Assembly: GCF_004010195.1 (NCBI RefSeq)
Contig: NC_057754.1
Coordinates: 4,561,220-4,625,219, forward strand
DNA from: Chiloscyllium plagiosum
Taxonomy: Eukaryota
Direction: 5' to 3'
DNA: 64,000 bases
Position 1 is the stretch's first letter; each line of letters begins with the position of its first letter. Both the position numbers and the translations under genes were made by a program. Below the pieces are notes generated by a model that saw only the letters and a list, made by a program, of their open reading frames with translations, did no database searches and was not told the DNA's origin. Positions 1-12,575 of the stretch are shown here, one piece after another.

Positions 1-243
1 CTCCTTTTCCACCTATCCACTCCACCCTCTCTTCCCTGACCTATCACCTTCATCCCCTCCCCCACTCACCTATTGTACTCTATGCTACTCTATCCCCACC
101 CCACCCTCCTCTAGCTTATCTCTCCACGCTTCAGGCTCTCTGCCTTTATTCCTGTTGAAGGGCTTTTGCCTGAAACGTCGATTTTGCTGCTCGTCGGATG
201 CTGCCTGAATTGCTGTGCTCTTCCAGCACCTCTGATCCAGAAC
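1..243 (+). mobile_element. Penelope-like element 3' end (pLTR) fragment
   Basis: Same sequence family as 6800-7030; degenerate hammerhead CTGTTGA-AGGGCTTTTGCCT-GAAACGTC at 152-179. Confidence 0.75.
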
Positions 244-744
244 CCAGAATTTAGATCCAGTGAAGATTAAGACATGGCATATAGTTCCAAGTCAGGAGGG
301 TGAATGTCTTGGAAGGGTACTTAGTGGTCCTATGTATGGTAGGCTCTGCACAGCATTGTGGTAGAGAAAGACCCTTGCCTTTGCAACAAGCTTGATGGTA
401 ACAGTTCTGAATTTGGAAGCTGCTGCTTCAGGAGAATTTCCGCAGTGCATCCTATATGCAGAACACACTACTGCTACTTAGCATTGGTGGTGGAGCAAAG
501 AATACTTGTGAGTGACGCAATTCATCAAGAATCTACACACCTCTGCTTAAAAATAGTCAAGGACACCACTCCCATGACTTTTTTTCAGGAAGAGCTTCCC
601 AAGGAGTCATGGCCCTCCATCAGAAAACATTTTGCCTCATCAATTGAGTGGGCAACTCCTGATTGTTAAAAAGTGACCACTAATTCTAGATTCTCCCATA
701 ACTGGCACACCACAGCCATTCTGTCAAAAGCCCTAAAGATCATA

Positions 745-1480
745 TACAAAAACAGAAATTATTGGAAAAGCTCAGCAGGTCTGGCTGCTTCTCTGGATAG
801 AAACCAGGGTTAGCGTTTCAGGTCAAACAGAGTTCTGAGGGTCACTGAACCAGAAACATTAACTCTGCTGTCCCTCCACAGATGTGTAGGTGCGGCTGTT
901 GGTCTGGGGTGGACAAAGTCAGAAGTCACATGACACCAGGTTATAGTCCAAAAGGTTTATTTGAAATCACAAGCTTTCAGAGTGCTGCCCCTTCACTAGG
1001 TGAAAGACAAAGGAGCAGTGTTCCAAAGGGGCAGCACGGTGACTCAGTGGTTAGCACTGCTGCCTGACAGCACCAGCTACCCAGGTTCAATTCCATCCTT
1101 GGGCGACTATCTGTTTGGAGTTTACACGTGCTCCCTGTGCCTGCTTGGGTGTCCGCCAGGTGCTATGGTTTCCTCTCAGTCCAAAGATGTGCAGATTAGT
1201 TGGATTGGCTATGCTAAATTCACCTTAGTGTTCAGGGATGTGCAAGTTAGGTGCATTAGCCATAGAAAATATAGGGTGGGATGCTCTTCAGAGGGTCCGT
1301 GTGGACTTATTGAGCCGAATGGCTTGTACCCACACTGTGGGGATTCCATGATTCTGTGCCTATAACCTGGTGTCATGTGACTCCTGACTTTCCCTGCAGA
1401 TGCTGCCAGATCTGCTGAGCTTTTCCAGCAATTTCTGTTTTTGTTTCCCCACTTACAGCATCCACACTTCTTTCTGATTT
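745..1480. mobile_element. Nested repeat stack: palindromic PLE-derived element interrupted by another pLTR fragment and a V-SINE (~1028-1360)
   Basis: Outer arms aaaacagaaatt..ggaaaagctcagcagg (749-) and ctgctgagcttttccagcaatttctgtttt (1412-) are inverted copies; inner inverted copies of gtcacatgacaccaggttatag (925 and 1361); the SINE has A/B boxes and a V-domain. Confidence 0.65.
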
Positions 1481-1879
1481 TATTCACTACGGTTCAGTCA
1501 AATAATAGATTTGTTGCGACTCGTCACTTCAGATGTTGCCAGATTCACTGTGAATTTGCTGGGTTTTTTTTTTCCCCCCAACGGGAGTTTAATTCTTCCA
1601 CTGGTTTTTAATACGACCCTTTCTGAGGAAGTGTCAACGCACCCAACTCTGATTTCTCTCTTCACAGTTGCTGCCAGACCCGCTGAGATTTTCCAACATT
1701 TTCTGCTTTTATTTTTATATTCCTATCGCTCAAAAAAGAAATTCGATTGATAGAAGAATGTAAACTCTTTGAACTTTCTTTTTGCATGGATGCTAATTGT
1801 GCAAATGCTTAGCAAGCACAGATGAAGTTGCTCTCCCTCTCTCGCCTTCCTATGCACAGCATTGCAGTGGGAGAAGACC

Positions 1880-2220
1880 CCGGCGTTGCCCTGGCAACAA
1901 CCTCCCCACCACGCGGCAAGGGTAGCCCACCGCGGGGAGACGGTGAGGGGATGGGATGTGGAGGCGGGGGGACGCGCTTTCGACATGGGGAAGTTACCTG
2001 GGCAACTGGCTCCTCCACACGTACAGGCTGCCCACGTAGCTGCAAGCCAGCAGCAGGCAGGAGACCACGGAGACGGAGCACAGCTCAGCGCCGCCATCGA
2101 GATCCGCCATCATCGACATGCCAGCACATCCGGCGCAGGTGCCTCCGCTGCGACGCGTCTTTAAGACGTCACGCTCCCGCCTCCATTCATTCATAAATCC
2201 CAGAAGCGCGGCAATAACGT
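1880..2220 (-). promoter_or_regulatory. CpG island / RCE1 promoter and first exon
   Basis: Local GC- and CpG-rich stretch in otherwise CpG-poor DNA; CRE-like GTGACGTC on the minus strand near 2165-2172. Confidence 0.7.
1998..2119 (-). CDS. RCE1: CAAX prenyl protease 2 (RCE1), first coding exon; rest of gene lies left of the window
   Basis: Translates [40 protein letters not shown](R), matching human RCE1 '[22 protein letters not shown]'. Ends in phase-2 donor AG|GTAACT at 1998/1997. Start codon ambiguous (ATG at 2119, 2113 or 2110; 2110 has the best Kozak context). Lies downstream of TOP6BL on the same strand, as in human. Confidence 0.93.
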
Positions 2221-3000
2221 AGAATCATCAGAGCTGTACTGTACAGCACGGAAACAGACCATTCGGTCCCAACCCGTCCATGCCGACCAGATGTGCTAAA
2301 TTAATGTAATCCCACCTGCCAGCATTTGGCCCTTATCCCTCCAAACCCTTCCTATCCATGTACCCATCCAGATGCCTTTTAAATGTTGTCATTGTATCAG
2401 CCTCCAACATTTCCTCTGGCAGCTCATTCCATACATGCACCCCCCCCCCCCCCCCCACCCCAACATGAAAAAATTGCCCCTCAGATCCCTTTTAAATATT
2501 TCCCCTCTCACCTTCCATGCCCTCTAGTTTTTGACTCCCCCACCCCAAGGAAAATACCTTGGCTATTCACCCTATCCATGTCCCTCATGATTTTATAAAC
2601 CTCTATAAGGTCATCTCTCAGCCTCCGACACTCCAGGGAAAATAGCCGCAGCCTATTCAGCCTTTCTCTATAGCTCAAACCCTCCAACCCTGGCAACATT
2701 CTTGTAAATCATTTCTGAACTCTTTCAAGTTTCACGACATCCTTCCTATAGAGAGAGATCAGAATTGCGTGCAATTCCAAAAGTGGACTAAACAATGTCT
2801 TGTACAACCACAACATGACCTCCCAATTCCTCTACTTAATACACTGTCCAATGAAGGCAAGCATACCAAACATCTTCTTCACTGTCCTGTCAAGGAACCA
2901 TGAACCTGCACTCAAAGGTCTCTTTGTTCAGCAACACTTCCCAGGACCTTACCATTAAATGTATAAGTCCTGCCCTGATTTGCCTTTCCAAAATGCAGCA
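2220..3000 (-). mobile_element. CR1/HER1-type LINE 3' fragment
   Basis: Minus ORF MLPGLEGLSYRERLNRLRLFSLECRRLRDDLIEVYKIM, the typical CR1 ORF2 C-terminus, plus 3' tail. Confidence 0.85.
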
Positions 3001-3149
3001 CCAAGTTTGGGCAGTGTTCAATCAGCAATGCTGCAGCCCCTATTCACTTCACTTCACTCACTCAATCATCATTACAACTAGTTTTTTTTTAAATAAAAAG
3101 GGATTGCAGGGCAGAAACAACACTCACATTTAACAAAAGGATTGAAACC

Positions 3150-3502
3150 ACATTATAGAAGTTTATAATATTATAAGAGGCATGGATAGGGTAAACAGTC
3201 AAGATATTTTTCCCCAGGATAGGGGACTCCTAAAGTAGAGAGCACAGGTTTAAAGTAAGTGGAAAAATTTTTAAAAGGGACCTGAGGGGTAACCTTTTCA
3301 AGCAGAGGGTTGTGTGTGTATGGAATGAGCTGCTAGAGGACGTTTGTGGTGCAATTACACATTTAAAAGGCATCTGGATGGGGTTAGAGGGATGTTGGCC
3401 AAATGCTTGCAAATGGGACTAGATCAATATAGAACATCTGGTTGACATGGACGAGTTGAACCAAAGGGTCTGTTTCTGTGCTGTACAACTCTATGACTTT
3501 CT
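3150..3502 (+). mobile_element. CR1-type LINE 3' end
   Basis: ..IEVYNIIRGMDRV.. remnant and 3' tail aagggtctgtttctgtgctgtacaactctatgac. Confidence 0.75.
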
Positions 3503-3874
3503 GTGGCTCCTTTAACCCTCATGCTAGTCACTGCAATATGCCCAACATTCTCTCACCTCTCCCATCAGAGGTCTGTTCATAGAATGCTACAAACGTCCAG
3601 TGATAAGTACCCTTTTATCATGTGGTTTATCAATTCCACTCTGAGTTTGGGTTCTTTACAGACTGGTCAAGAAGGCAAAGTCAAGAACTATCTTCAGACT
3701 TCAGAGTAACACTATTGTTTATACGTTAATACTAAGTATTGCTATCATTATAATCATAGATCTAGCACAGTCTGAATTATAAATGCCTGAAATGTTGATT
3801 GTCCTGGTCCTTGCATGCCGCCTGACCTGCTGTGCTTTTCCAGCATCCCACTCTCGACTCTATCCTAACATAGT

Positions 3875-5495
3875 CAATTAAGCGATAGTGACCACAACAT
3901 GGCATGCTTCAAATTTGTTCTGGACAAGGAAAAAGATGGCCTGCAAAAGAGAGCTTTGGATTGGGGGAAGACTGATTTTATTAAAATAAAGCAGGATCTG
4001 GCCACAGTAGAGTGGCAAGAGCTCTGTGCGGATAAGTCTACAGCAGAGAAACGGGGTCATTCAAAAAGGAGTGGGGAGAGTGGGTTTAACATGTATCCTT
4101 TAGAGAGAAATGTACGAGCAATAAGTTCAGAGAACCCTGGATGTCTAGGACCAATCAGGCCTAGATAAAGAAGAGTAGGGCTTTTAGCAAGTTTAAAGGG
4201 AGCAATTCAGCTGTGGTCCTAAAGGAATTTAGAAAGTGCAGGAGGGAACTTAAAGCAATTAGAAAGCAAAAATGAGCATGAAAAAGAATTTATGAACAGG
4301 GTTAGGGAGAATGCTAAGATATTTAACAAATATGTTAAGAGAAGAGGTTAACTAGGGAAAGAGTAGGGCCAATTAGGAACCAAGGGAGCAACCTGTGTGC
4401 GAAGCCACAGGATATTGGAAGGGCATTGAATGAATATTTTTCTTTGGTTTTCAATCTGGAAAAGGAGAACATAGGTATGAAATTCAGGAAAAGGGACTGT
4501 GAGAAACCTGCAGTTTGACATAGGAAATGGAGAGGTATTGGAGGCTCTGTTGGGCTTAAAAACAGACAAATGGTTCAGATGAATTGCATCCCAGAGCAGG
4601 GAGGTCAGGCAGGAAAGTTCAGGGGCTTTGACACAAATTTTTAATTTCGCCCTTGCCACAGGGAAAGTACCAGAGGACTGGAGGACAGCTAATGTGGTCC
4701 CACCTTTTCAGAGGGGTGGTAGAGATGAACCAGGAAATTAGAGACCAGTGAGCCTCATATAAGTGGTAGGGAAACTACTGGAGGAAATTCTGAGGAGCAG
4801 ATTAATTAGGGATTGTTAGCATGGCTTTGTCAGAAGGTGGTCATTCCTAACAAATTTGTTAGAACTTTTTGGAAATGTGATCAAGTGTGTGGATGAGAGA
4901 AGTTCAGTTGATGTAGGTTATATAGATTTTAACAAGATCCAATATGGGAGACTGATTGAGAAGATTAAAGTACATAGAATTAAGGGAAAGTTGGCGAGAT
5001 AGATCTGAAACTGTCGTAGTAATAGGATGCAAACAGTAGTGATGGAAGGCTGTTTGAGTGACTGGAGGCTGGTGTCAGCAGATACCACAAGGATCAGTAT
5101 TTGGACCCTTATTGCTTGTTATATACATAAATGATATAGTTGAAAATGTTCGGGGAATGTTAAGCAAATTTGCAGATGACACCAAGATTGGTAGAGTGGT
5201 TAATACCAAAGAAGATAGTTGTAGGTTGCAGGAAGGTACAGATAGTCTGGTCAGATGGGCAGAACAGTGGCAGATGGTATTTAATCTGATAAGTGTGAGT
5301 GATGCACTTTGAAAGAAGAAACAAGACGAGGGAGTATTTAATGATTGTCAGCTTAGAGGATGAGTACTTCAAACATCATAACATTCAAGGATATGGGACA
5401 AGTGCAGGAAATCGAGATTAGAGTTACTTAGGTTGGTGCAGACTTGATGGGCTGAAGGGCCTTTTAGATACTGTGTGATTTAATAAATCTTTGAA
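3875..5495 (+). mobile_element. Decayed CR1 LINE ORF2 (reverse transcriptase) fragment
   Basis: PQGSVFGPLL..YINDI..KFADDTKIG RT motifs with many stops and frameshifts. Confidence 0.88.
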
Positions 5496-5764
5496 TCATT
5501 GTGTGTTCTGGTGTGGAGTGGTCTAACATTATCCAGGCTGTTTTATTTATATTCAGCATTGTGCAGCTGTGACATCATCATAAGCTTGCTCCAGGGTCCC
5601 AAAGCCCTGACACAAAACCCTTCTTCCTCTTTCAATTCCAATTCATCTGCACTCTCTGTGGAGGGGAGGTCCTGGGGAGCACTGCGTAGCAACCTTCCTC
5701 TGAGCCTGAAGCTGTAGTTTTTAAAGTGTATTTAACAGAGCCAGATTGAGGATCAATCAACAAA

Positions 5765-6045
5765 TAGAACATAGAACAATACAGCACAGAACAGGCCCTT
5801 CGGCCCACGATGTTGTGCCGAACATTTGTCCTAGCTTAAGCACCCATCCATGTACCTATCCAATTGCCACTTAAAGGTCACCAAAGATTCTGACTCTACC
5901 ACTCCCACAGGCAGCGCATTCCATGCCCCCACCACTCTCTGGGTAAAGAACCCACCCCTGACATCTCCCCTATACCTTCCACCCTTCACCTTAAATTTAT
6001 GTCCCCTTGTAACACTCTGTTGTACCCGGGGAAAAAGTTTCTGAC
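5765..6045 (-). mobile_element. CR1 LINE 3' end with short (TTCTATG)-type tail
   Basis: Minus ORF ..TRGHKFKVKGGRYRGDVRGGFFTQRVVGAWNALP.. Confidence 0.85.
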
Positions 6046-6289
6046 CTTTATCACTACACTCATGGCAGGCATGTGATGGAAAGAACATTGGAGCTGCTAC
6101 CACCATGCATGTAAAAGTATGTCCTGTCACAGCAACTCAGGCTCTCTGAGTGAATTGCATACACCACCACTACTGTATATAGACAAGCAATTGGTATCAA
6201 ACAAGATGAATCAACTGATCTGTCTTGAGAAGTGGAGGTTGAGAGAGAAGAATGTTGACCCAGGATTCCCTGCTCTTCTCTTTTGTCAG

Positions 6290-6572
6290 CATAGAATAGA
6301 ATCCCTATACTGTGAATGCAGGCCATTTGATCCACTGAGTCCATACCAACCCTCCGAAGAGCAACCCATCCAGAACTACCCTATCCCCGTAACCATGCAT
6401 TTCCCATGGCCAATCCACCTAATTTGCACATTTTTGGACTGCAGGACGAAACTGGAGCAGTTGAATGAAACCTACAGAATGTGGAAATTCCACACAGACA
6501 GTGGCCTGAGAGCAGAATTGAATCCTGGCACAGTGAGGCAATAATGCTAACTACTTAGCCACTGTGCCACCC
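6290..6572 (-). mobile_element. V-SINE (HE1-like), decayed
   Basis: tRNA-like head gggtggcacagtggctaa on minus, V-domain remnant, CR1-like tail. Confidence 0.7.
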
Positions 6573-6798
6573 CACTCTAACATTTGAATGTGGAACAAAA
6601 AGATATATTGACAAGGTACAATTATGTAACTAGGGCAGGAGGAAGGTTCGTGTGAAACATAAACAATGGTAAATGAGCTGTTTCTATGCTGATAATTCAA
6701 AATAATTCAAAACCAAGGTTTTATAAATACAAGATAAACACTAATAAACTTAATTTCTCTGAGAAATTCATTCCTCCAAAAGGGGTTTGAATGTGGAA

Positions 6799-7958
6799 TT
6801 CTGGATTAGTGGTGCTGGAAGAGCACAGCAGTTCAGGCAGCATCCAAGGAGCTTCGAAATCGACGTTTCGGGCAAAAGCCCTTCATCAGGAATAAAGGCA
6901 GTGAGCCTGGAGCGTGGAGAGATAAGCTAGAGGAGGGTGGGGTGGGGAGAAAGTAGCATAGAGTACAATAGGTGAGTGGGGGAGGGGATGAAGGTGATAA
7001 GTCAGGGAGGAGAGGGTGGAGTGGATAGGTGGAAAAGGAGATAGGCAGGTAGGACAAGTCCGGACAAGTCATGGGGACAGTGCTGAGCTGGAAGTTTAGA
7101 ACTAGGGTGAGGTGGGGGAAGGGGAAATGAGGAAACTGTTAAAGTCCACATTGATGCCCTGGGGTTGAAGTGTTCCGAGGCAGAAGATGAGGTGTTCTTC
7201 CTCCAGGCGTCTGGTGGTGAGGGAGCGGCGGTGAAGGAGGCCCAGGACCTCCATGCCCTTGGCAGAGTGGGAGGGGAGTTGAAATGTTGGGCCACGGGGC
7301 GGTGTGGTTGATTGGTGCGGGTGTCCTGGAGATATTCCCTGAAGTGCTCTGCTAGTAGGCGCCCAGTCTCCCCAATGTAGAGGAGACCGCATCGGGAGCA
7401 ACGGATACAATAAATGATATTAGTGGATGTGCAAGCAAAACTTTGATGGATGTGGAAGGCTCCTTTAGGGCCTTGGATAGAGGTGAGGGAGGAGGTGTGG
7501 GCGCAGGTTTTACAGTTCCTGCAGTGGCAGGGGAAAGTGCCAGGATGGGAGGGTGGGTTGAAGGGGGGCGCCAGGACCTGACCAGGTAGTCACGGAGGGA
7601 ACAGTCTTTGCGGAAGGCGGAGAGGGGTGTGGAGGGAAATATATCCCTGGTGGTGGGGTCTGTTTGGAGGTGGCGGAAATGTCGGCGGATGATTTGATTT
7701 ATGCGAAGGTTGGTAGGGTGGAAGGTGAGCACCAGGGGCATTCTGTCCTTGTTACGGTTGGAGGGGTGGGGTCTGATGGGCGGAGGTGCGGGATGTAGAC
7801 GAGATGCGTTGGAGGGCATCTTTAACCACGTGGGAAGGGCCACCTCCAAACAAACGTCGATTTCGAAGCACCTTGGATGCTGCCTGAACTGCTGTGCTCT
7901 TCCAGCACCACTAATCCAGAATCTGGTTTCCAGCATCTGCAGTCATTGTTTTTACCTC
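6799..7958 (-). mobile_element. Penelope-like element (GIY-YIG endonuclease portion) with inverted terminal copy and 14-bp TSD
   Basis: Minus frames give PLVLTFHPTN..IIRRHF..LQTDP and NIIYCIRCSRCGLLYIGETG (GIY-YIG); 7853-7920 is an inverted copy of 6800-6868; TSD GTTTGAATGTGGAA at 6785-6798 and 7959-7972. Confidence 0.9.
6857..6894 (-). ncRNA. Minimal type I hammerhead ribozyme motif in PLE pLTR
   Basis: CTGATGA-A-GGGC(TTTT)GCCC-GAAA-CGTC: intact core, 4-bp stem II, palindromic ACGT stem III, GUC cleavage triplet. Confidence 0.75.
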
Positions 7959-9819
7959 GTTTGAATGTGGAACTCCACCCTGTGGTATACTTGAGGTAAA
8001 TTGCATGGATGAATTTAATGAAGAGCTCATTAGTTCATGAGAGAGAAAGGAACAGGATATATTGACAAGATGGGATGGGATGAATTAAGTAAGGTGAGAG
8101 GAGACTTGACTGAAACATAAACAGTAGAACAGACCATGGACAAATGGGAAAAGGGCAAGGTGCTATCAGGTTTAGATAGCTCTACCAACAAACATTCACT
8201 ATGGGCTGAATTCCCTCATCTGTGTAACATTCTATGAGATGAATATAAGAAAACTTGACTAGTTATCTGATTTTCCTTTCTCAGGGGTCGCCAGGGCCAT
8301 CTCCGGAAATAAGTTGCCTAATTCAAAGTCAGTTTAAAAGACTTTGTCATCTATCTGATTTTATAAATCTCCTGCTGCTGACATCTCTGTGAGCAGTGAG
8401 AATAGTAATAGTTTTTTCATAATCATTGGAGAATGTTTTGAAGTGAGCTTCAGAACAGCAAATGTAACTGCTTTATAGAGATCCTCATAACTGAAATGTC
8501 ACTATGGTAAGAACTGCTACTTCAGCGAGTGGTTGAAGTAAATAGCATTGATAAATTTAAGAGGAAGCAACTGAATGCAGGAAGGAGAAAGGCATTGAAG
8601 ATCGATATTTTAATCAATCAATCTACTCAAACATTCAATAACACATATCTGGGACTGGTGCGACTTGATTCTGTTAGGGTGAGATCAATTAAGTAAGAGA
8701 AACAAAATTCAGGGCTCTGTCATACAGTTGTAGTGTCTCTACCTCTGGACCAGAAGTTCTGGGTTCTGGTCCCAACTGTGCCAAGGGGGTTTAAAAACAT
8801 CTCTGTGCAGGTTGATTAAGGAACAAAAACAAATTGCTCAAGAAACTCAGTAGTTCTGACAGCATCTGTGGAAAGAAAGCAAAGTTAACATCTCAAGACT
8901 AGTGATCCTTCTTCAGTGACAGAAGGCTCGTGTGGAGAATAAACACAGACGGACAATCGGGCTGAATGAATGGCCTGTTTCAGTGTTCTAATATTTAACA
9001 TAAAACTATATCAACTGCTTTACAATAGTTACTACACAGGAAAATTGCAGTTACCTTCACGGAGCACAGAAGGTCATTGTTCTTCTTGAAGCATGGTGAC
9101 CATTTGCCTCGACCGTGCACACTGTACTGACCTGGGTGACATCTTCAAACCACACTAGCAGGATCTGGTGCTGTGGTTTCCTCTGGTAGTCCAGAGGAAA
9201 GAGTCGGCCCTCCTATACATCCACCATATCCTCTGTTAGCAATGCACAGAGTTAATTTCCTCGTTACACCATCACGAGGGCAATTTATGGGTATTGTGGC
9301 AAGTACTTCGGTAGCTAGTGTGAGGGAAGATAATGCGAATGGGTGCCATACAGTCTTAGTGCATAGCTAATGAGATGAGTAATTCACAAAATCCTTCATG
9401 AAATACCCCGGAATTGACATTGAGCCAATCTTTAGTAAAATTTAGCCATCTTTTATGTAAAGCATTTTAATTGCTACCACTGAAAACAAAATGTAAACTC
9501 CTTTAGTTTTTCATATGCAGAGTATCTTTCACTCCAGAATAGCAAAACCTGATATGGCTGTTTCACAACAGTGGGGAAGGAAGAGAAACTGATGAAACGT
9601 CAACAAATTCAGGAAATGAACCACCCATTAATGAGTTGCCTAATGTTACATGCAGCAAGTTAATGAATATAAGTCCTTTTTTTATTTATACATGGAAAGG
9701 ATAAAGTTGGGAAAGAAACTTCAGATATTCACTCCATGAAATAAGTTATAGAAGCCAGATCTTAAAACTATAATGTGACACTTGGCATAACATGATGTTA
9801 ACACAGTAACTAGTTTATC

Positions 9820-10770
9820 TGAAAGTACTAGCTTTCAGAGCGCTTCTCTTTCGTCAGGTAACTAGTGCGAGTACGTAAGACTGTGTGTGTGTGTATGTGC
9901 AGTGTAGTGGGGTCACCTGCACTGTAACATAAACCCAAGGTCCTGGTTGAGGCCATCCTCATGGGTACTGAACTTGGCTATCAGCCTCTGCTTGGCCACT
10001 CTGTGTTGTTGCATGACCCTAAATCTGCCTTGGAGGATGGTCACCTGAAGATCCGAGGCCAAATATACCTGACTGCTCAAGTGTTCCCCGACTGGGAGGG
10101 AACATCTCTGTCTGGCGATTGTTGTGTGGTGTCCATTCATTCATTGTCGTAGTGTCTGCTTGGTCTTGCCAATGTAATCGACACAAGCACAAATACTCAC
10201 ACATTCAAGCAGACCCCCTCTCATACACATGCCCTCTCTCAGACACACACACACAGATATAAGTCTATGGGGTGAATTTGCATTTGCAGAATGGTATTTG
10301 CAGATACATTCTATTTTTGATCAAAAAGCACACAACCGGCAGGCAGTCAGTCCATACAACATTTTATAAATTCCTACCTTGGAAATAGAACCAGTCTGAC
10401 TCAAGATTGGGATACAGACAGAGTCTAACCTCACAGCTTTAATATGTCACCTTTTTCTTTTAAACCTTAAGTTATCTTGAGAATGTGACTTAAAAGAAGT
10501 TCTGGGATTTACATATTAATGAACTGAAACCTGTAAACCATTGTAAAAGATGAAAGATTTAACAGCAATCTAGGTTTGTTCAATTTATCCTTTTAATTAC
10601 ATTACACTGTGATTGTTTGCTATAAATTCTGTGACTTGTGATCCTAGTTACCTATGAAGGAGCAGCACTCTGAAAGCCAGTACTTCCAAATAAGCTTGTT
10701 GGACTATAACCTGGTGTTGTGTGATATTTAACTTTGTTCACCCTAGTCAACACCGGCACTTCCACATCAA
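9820..10770. mobile_element. Penelope-like element (second family), inverted and decayed
   Basis: Minus ORF 9913-10140 ..SLPVGEHLS..LQVTILQG..RLIAKF.THEDGLN.D (PLE endonuclease C-terminus); pLTR copies in opposite orientation at 9827-9860 and 10650-10770. Confidence 0.75.
9827..9859 (-). ncRNA. Minimal hammerhead ribozyme motif (AGCT stem III variant)
   Basis: AC-CTGACGA-A-AGAG(AAGCG)CTCT-GAAA-GCTA-GT. Confidence 0.55.
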
Positions 10771-11099
10771 CACAGTAAGTGACACTGAGAAACATTGACA
10801 AGAAAGCCTGACCAAAACCTGAGGTAAATAAGATAAAATTTATGGTCAGGAAATACATGTTAAGACCTTTAATAGCATATATGTTGAACTGCTCAAGAAA
10901 AACAGCAATGCCATGCTCCCCACTCTGACTGAGAGAGGGTAAAAGGCAAAGCCTGTAGGGTAAAAATGTCTAGTTGGATTTTACTTGCTCAATAAATGCA
11001 TTAAATTACTTTGTGAAAGCAAAGGCACAACTAAGCCACTCGGTACACAAATATCAAGCGCCACTACATACTGAGGTTCTACCTCTCCCTGCTGTTGTG

Positions 11100-11946
11100 A
11101 AAGGTGGGGTTGCCCTCATTGCTTCAACACTCCAAGTAGTTGCACTGTTCTATATCATCCGACCTTCATGGAGAAACTTGCAAAGAGTTTGATCACAATT
11201 CCATTAGGAAGTGGTCAGCATGTAGCATTCTCAAGACCTTGTTGGAAAAGGAGTGGGTGGATTTTGTCATGTGGTTTTCTGAGGAGACCGTCAAAGTCAT
11301 TTGGCAGAATGCTTCATCACCGGACATCACTTGGCTGGCAGTAAGAAGGGCACTGCCTGTCATATCCTTCTTGTATGGGGGGATTGAACTGTTGCACATC
11401 TTCTGGAATGTGCCTTTGCAAAGTAAGTCTGGAGAAAGATGCAATGTTTTTCATCAAGGTTCGTACTGAGCAGTTCCATGACACAGGACTCTGTGCTCTA
11501 CAGTCTGTTCCTTGGAACACACACCGAGACAAACATCGGCCGTACCTGGAGGACCATCAACTCAGTGAAAAAAGCTCTTTACTCTGCCCAAAACATGTTG
11601 GTCTTCCAGAACAAAGAGTTGACCTCGAGGTCCAGGACTACATGCTGAGGGACGCAGTGAAGCTTGGGGAAGCTGCTACAAAGGCGCAATGGGAAAAGAT
11701 CACTGTCTAAGGTCTTCCTGCTGAAGTTAAATGGGGGTCCATTCAGTTCTCAGACTCTCCTCTTGTCTCAAATACAAGTAAATATAGTCTTGTTCAAGTA
11801 GGAGATGCCTTTGGTTTGTTTGAATAGGGTCAAACTCTAAGGTTTGTTTGTTTCCTTGATATGCCACTCTACAGAACCAAACTGCGTTGGTGACTATGTA
11901 TGAATATAAAGATATTTTTAACAAATAAAGTATATTTTAAAAATAA
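11100..11946 (+). mobile_element. L1/Tx1-clade LINE 3' fragment
   Basis: Broken frames ..VIWQNASSP..WLAVRRALPV.. and WRTINSVKKALYSAQNMLVFQ; ends with AATAAA and an A-rich tail. Confidence 0.7.
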
Positions 11947-12159
11947 ACAATGACACTTAAAAAAGACACAACTAAACTGATAAACTACAATTTCACCAAT
12001 CTGTTGAATAATGTTTGCAGTGATACTGACTTATTTTTGTTTCAAATCTGTACGTTTATATTTTTGTAATGCATGACTCAACCCATGGGGGTTGCAAAAC
12101 ATGTGGTGTGTGTGTAATCACTACAATCTTTTAAAACAGAGCCTCACAATTTCCAGTTA

Positions 12160-12575
12160 TAACATATGAATTAAGAGCAGGCCACTCAGCTCCTCAAGCC
12201 TGCTGTCATTTATTTAGCTCATTGCTGATGTGGTTACTCCACATTCCCACCCACCCCAGTAACTTATCACACCTTGCTTATCAAAAATTTATCTATCTCT
12301 GCCTTAAAAATGTTCAAACACTGCTTGCACCATCTTTTGAGGAAGGAAGTTCTAAAGTCTCATGACTCTCTGTGAGAAAGAAATTACCCTCATTTGTCGA
12401 AAATGGGCGACCACTTATTTTTAAGCAGTGACCTTAGTTGTACATTCTCCTACAAGAGGAAATATCCTCTCTATATTCACCCTGTCAAGACCCCATGTGT
12501 TTAATTCAAGTCACCTTTTACTGTTTTAAACTCCAGTGGTGACAAGCCTAGCCTGTTCAATGTTTCTTCATATTT
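12160..12575 (-). mobile_element. Old CR1 LINE 3' fragment
   Basis: Decayed CR1 ORF2 end and 3' tail recognisable on the minus strand. Confidence 0.55.

Noticed and set aside
1723-2196. Several overlapping 90-124 aa ORFs
   Set aside because: Artefacts of the GC-rich RCE1 CpG island; only the frame ending ..VWRSQLPR is homologous.
9054-9480. Unique-looking stretch with minus-strand donors (GTAACT, GTCAGT) and an acceptor
   Set aside because: Stops in all frames over the full span and no protein similarity recognised; at most a non-coding exon.
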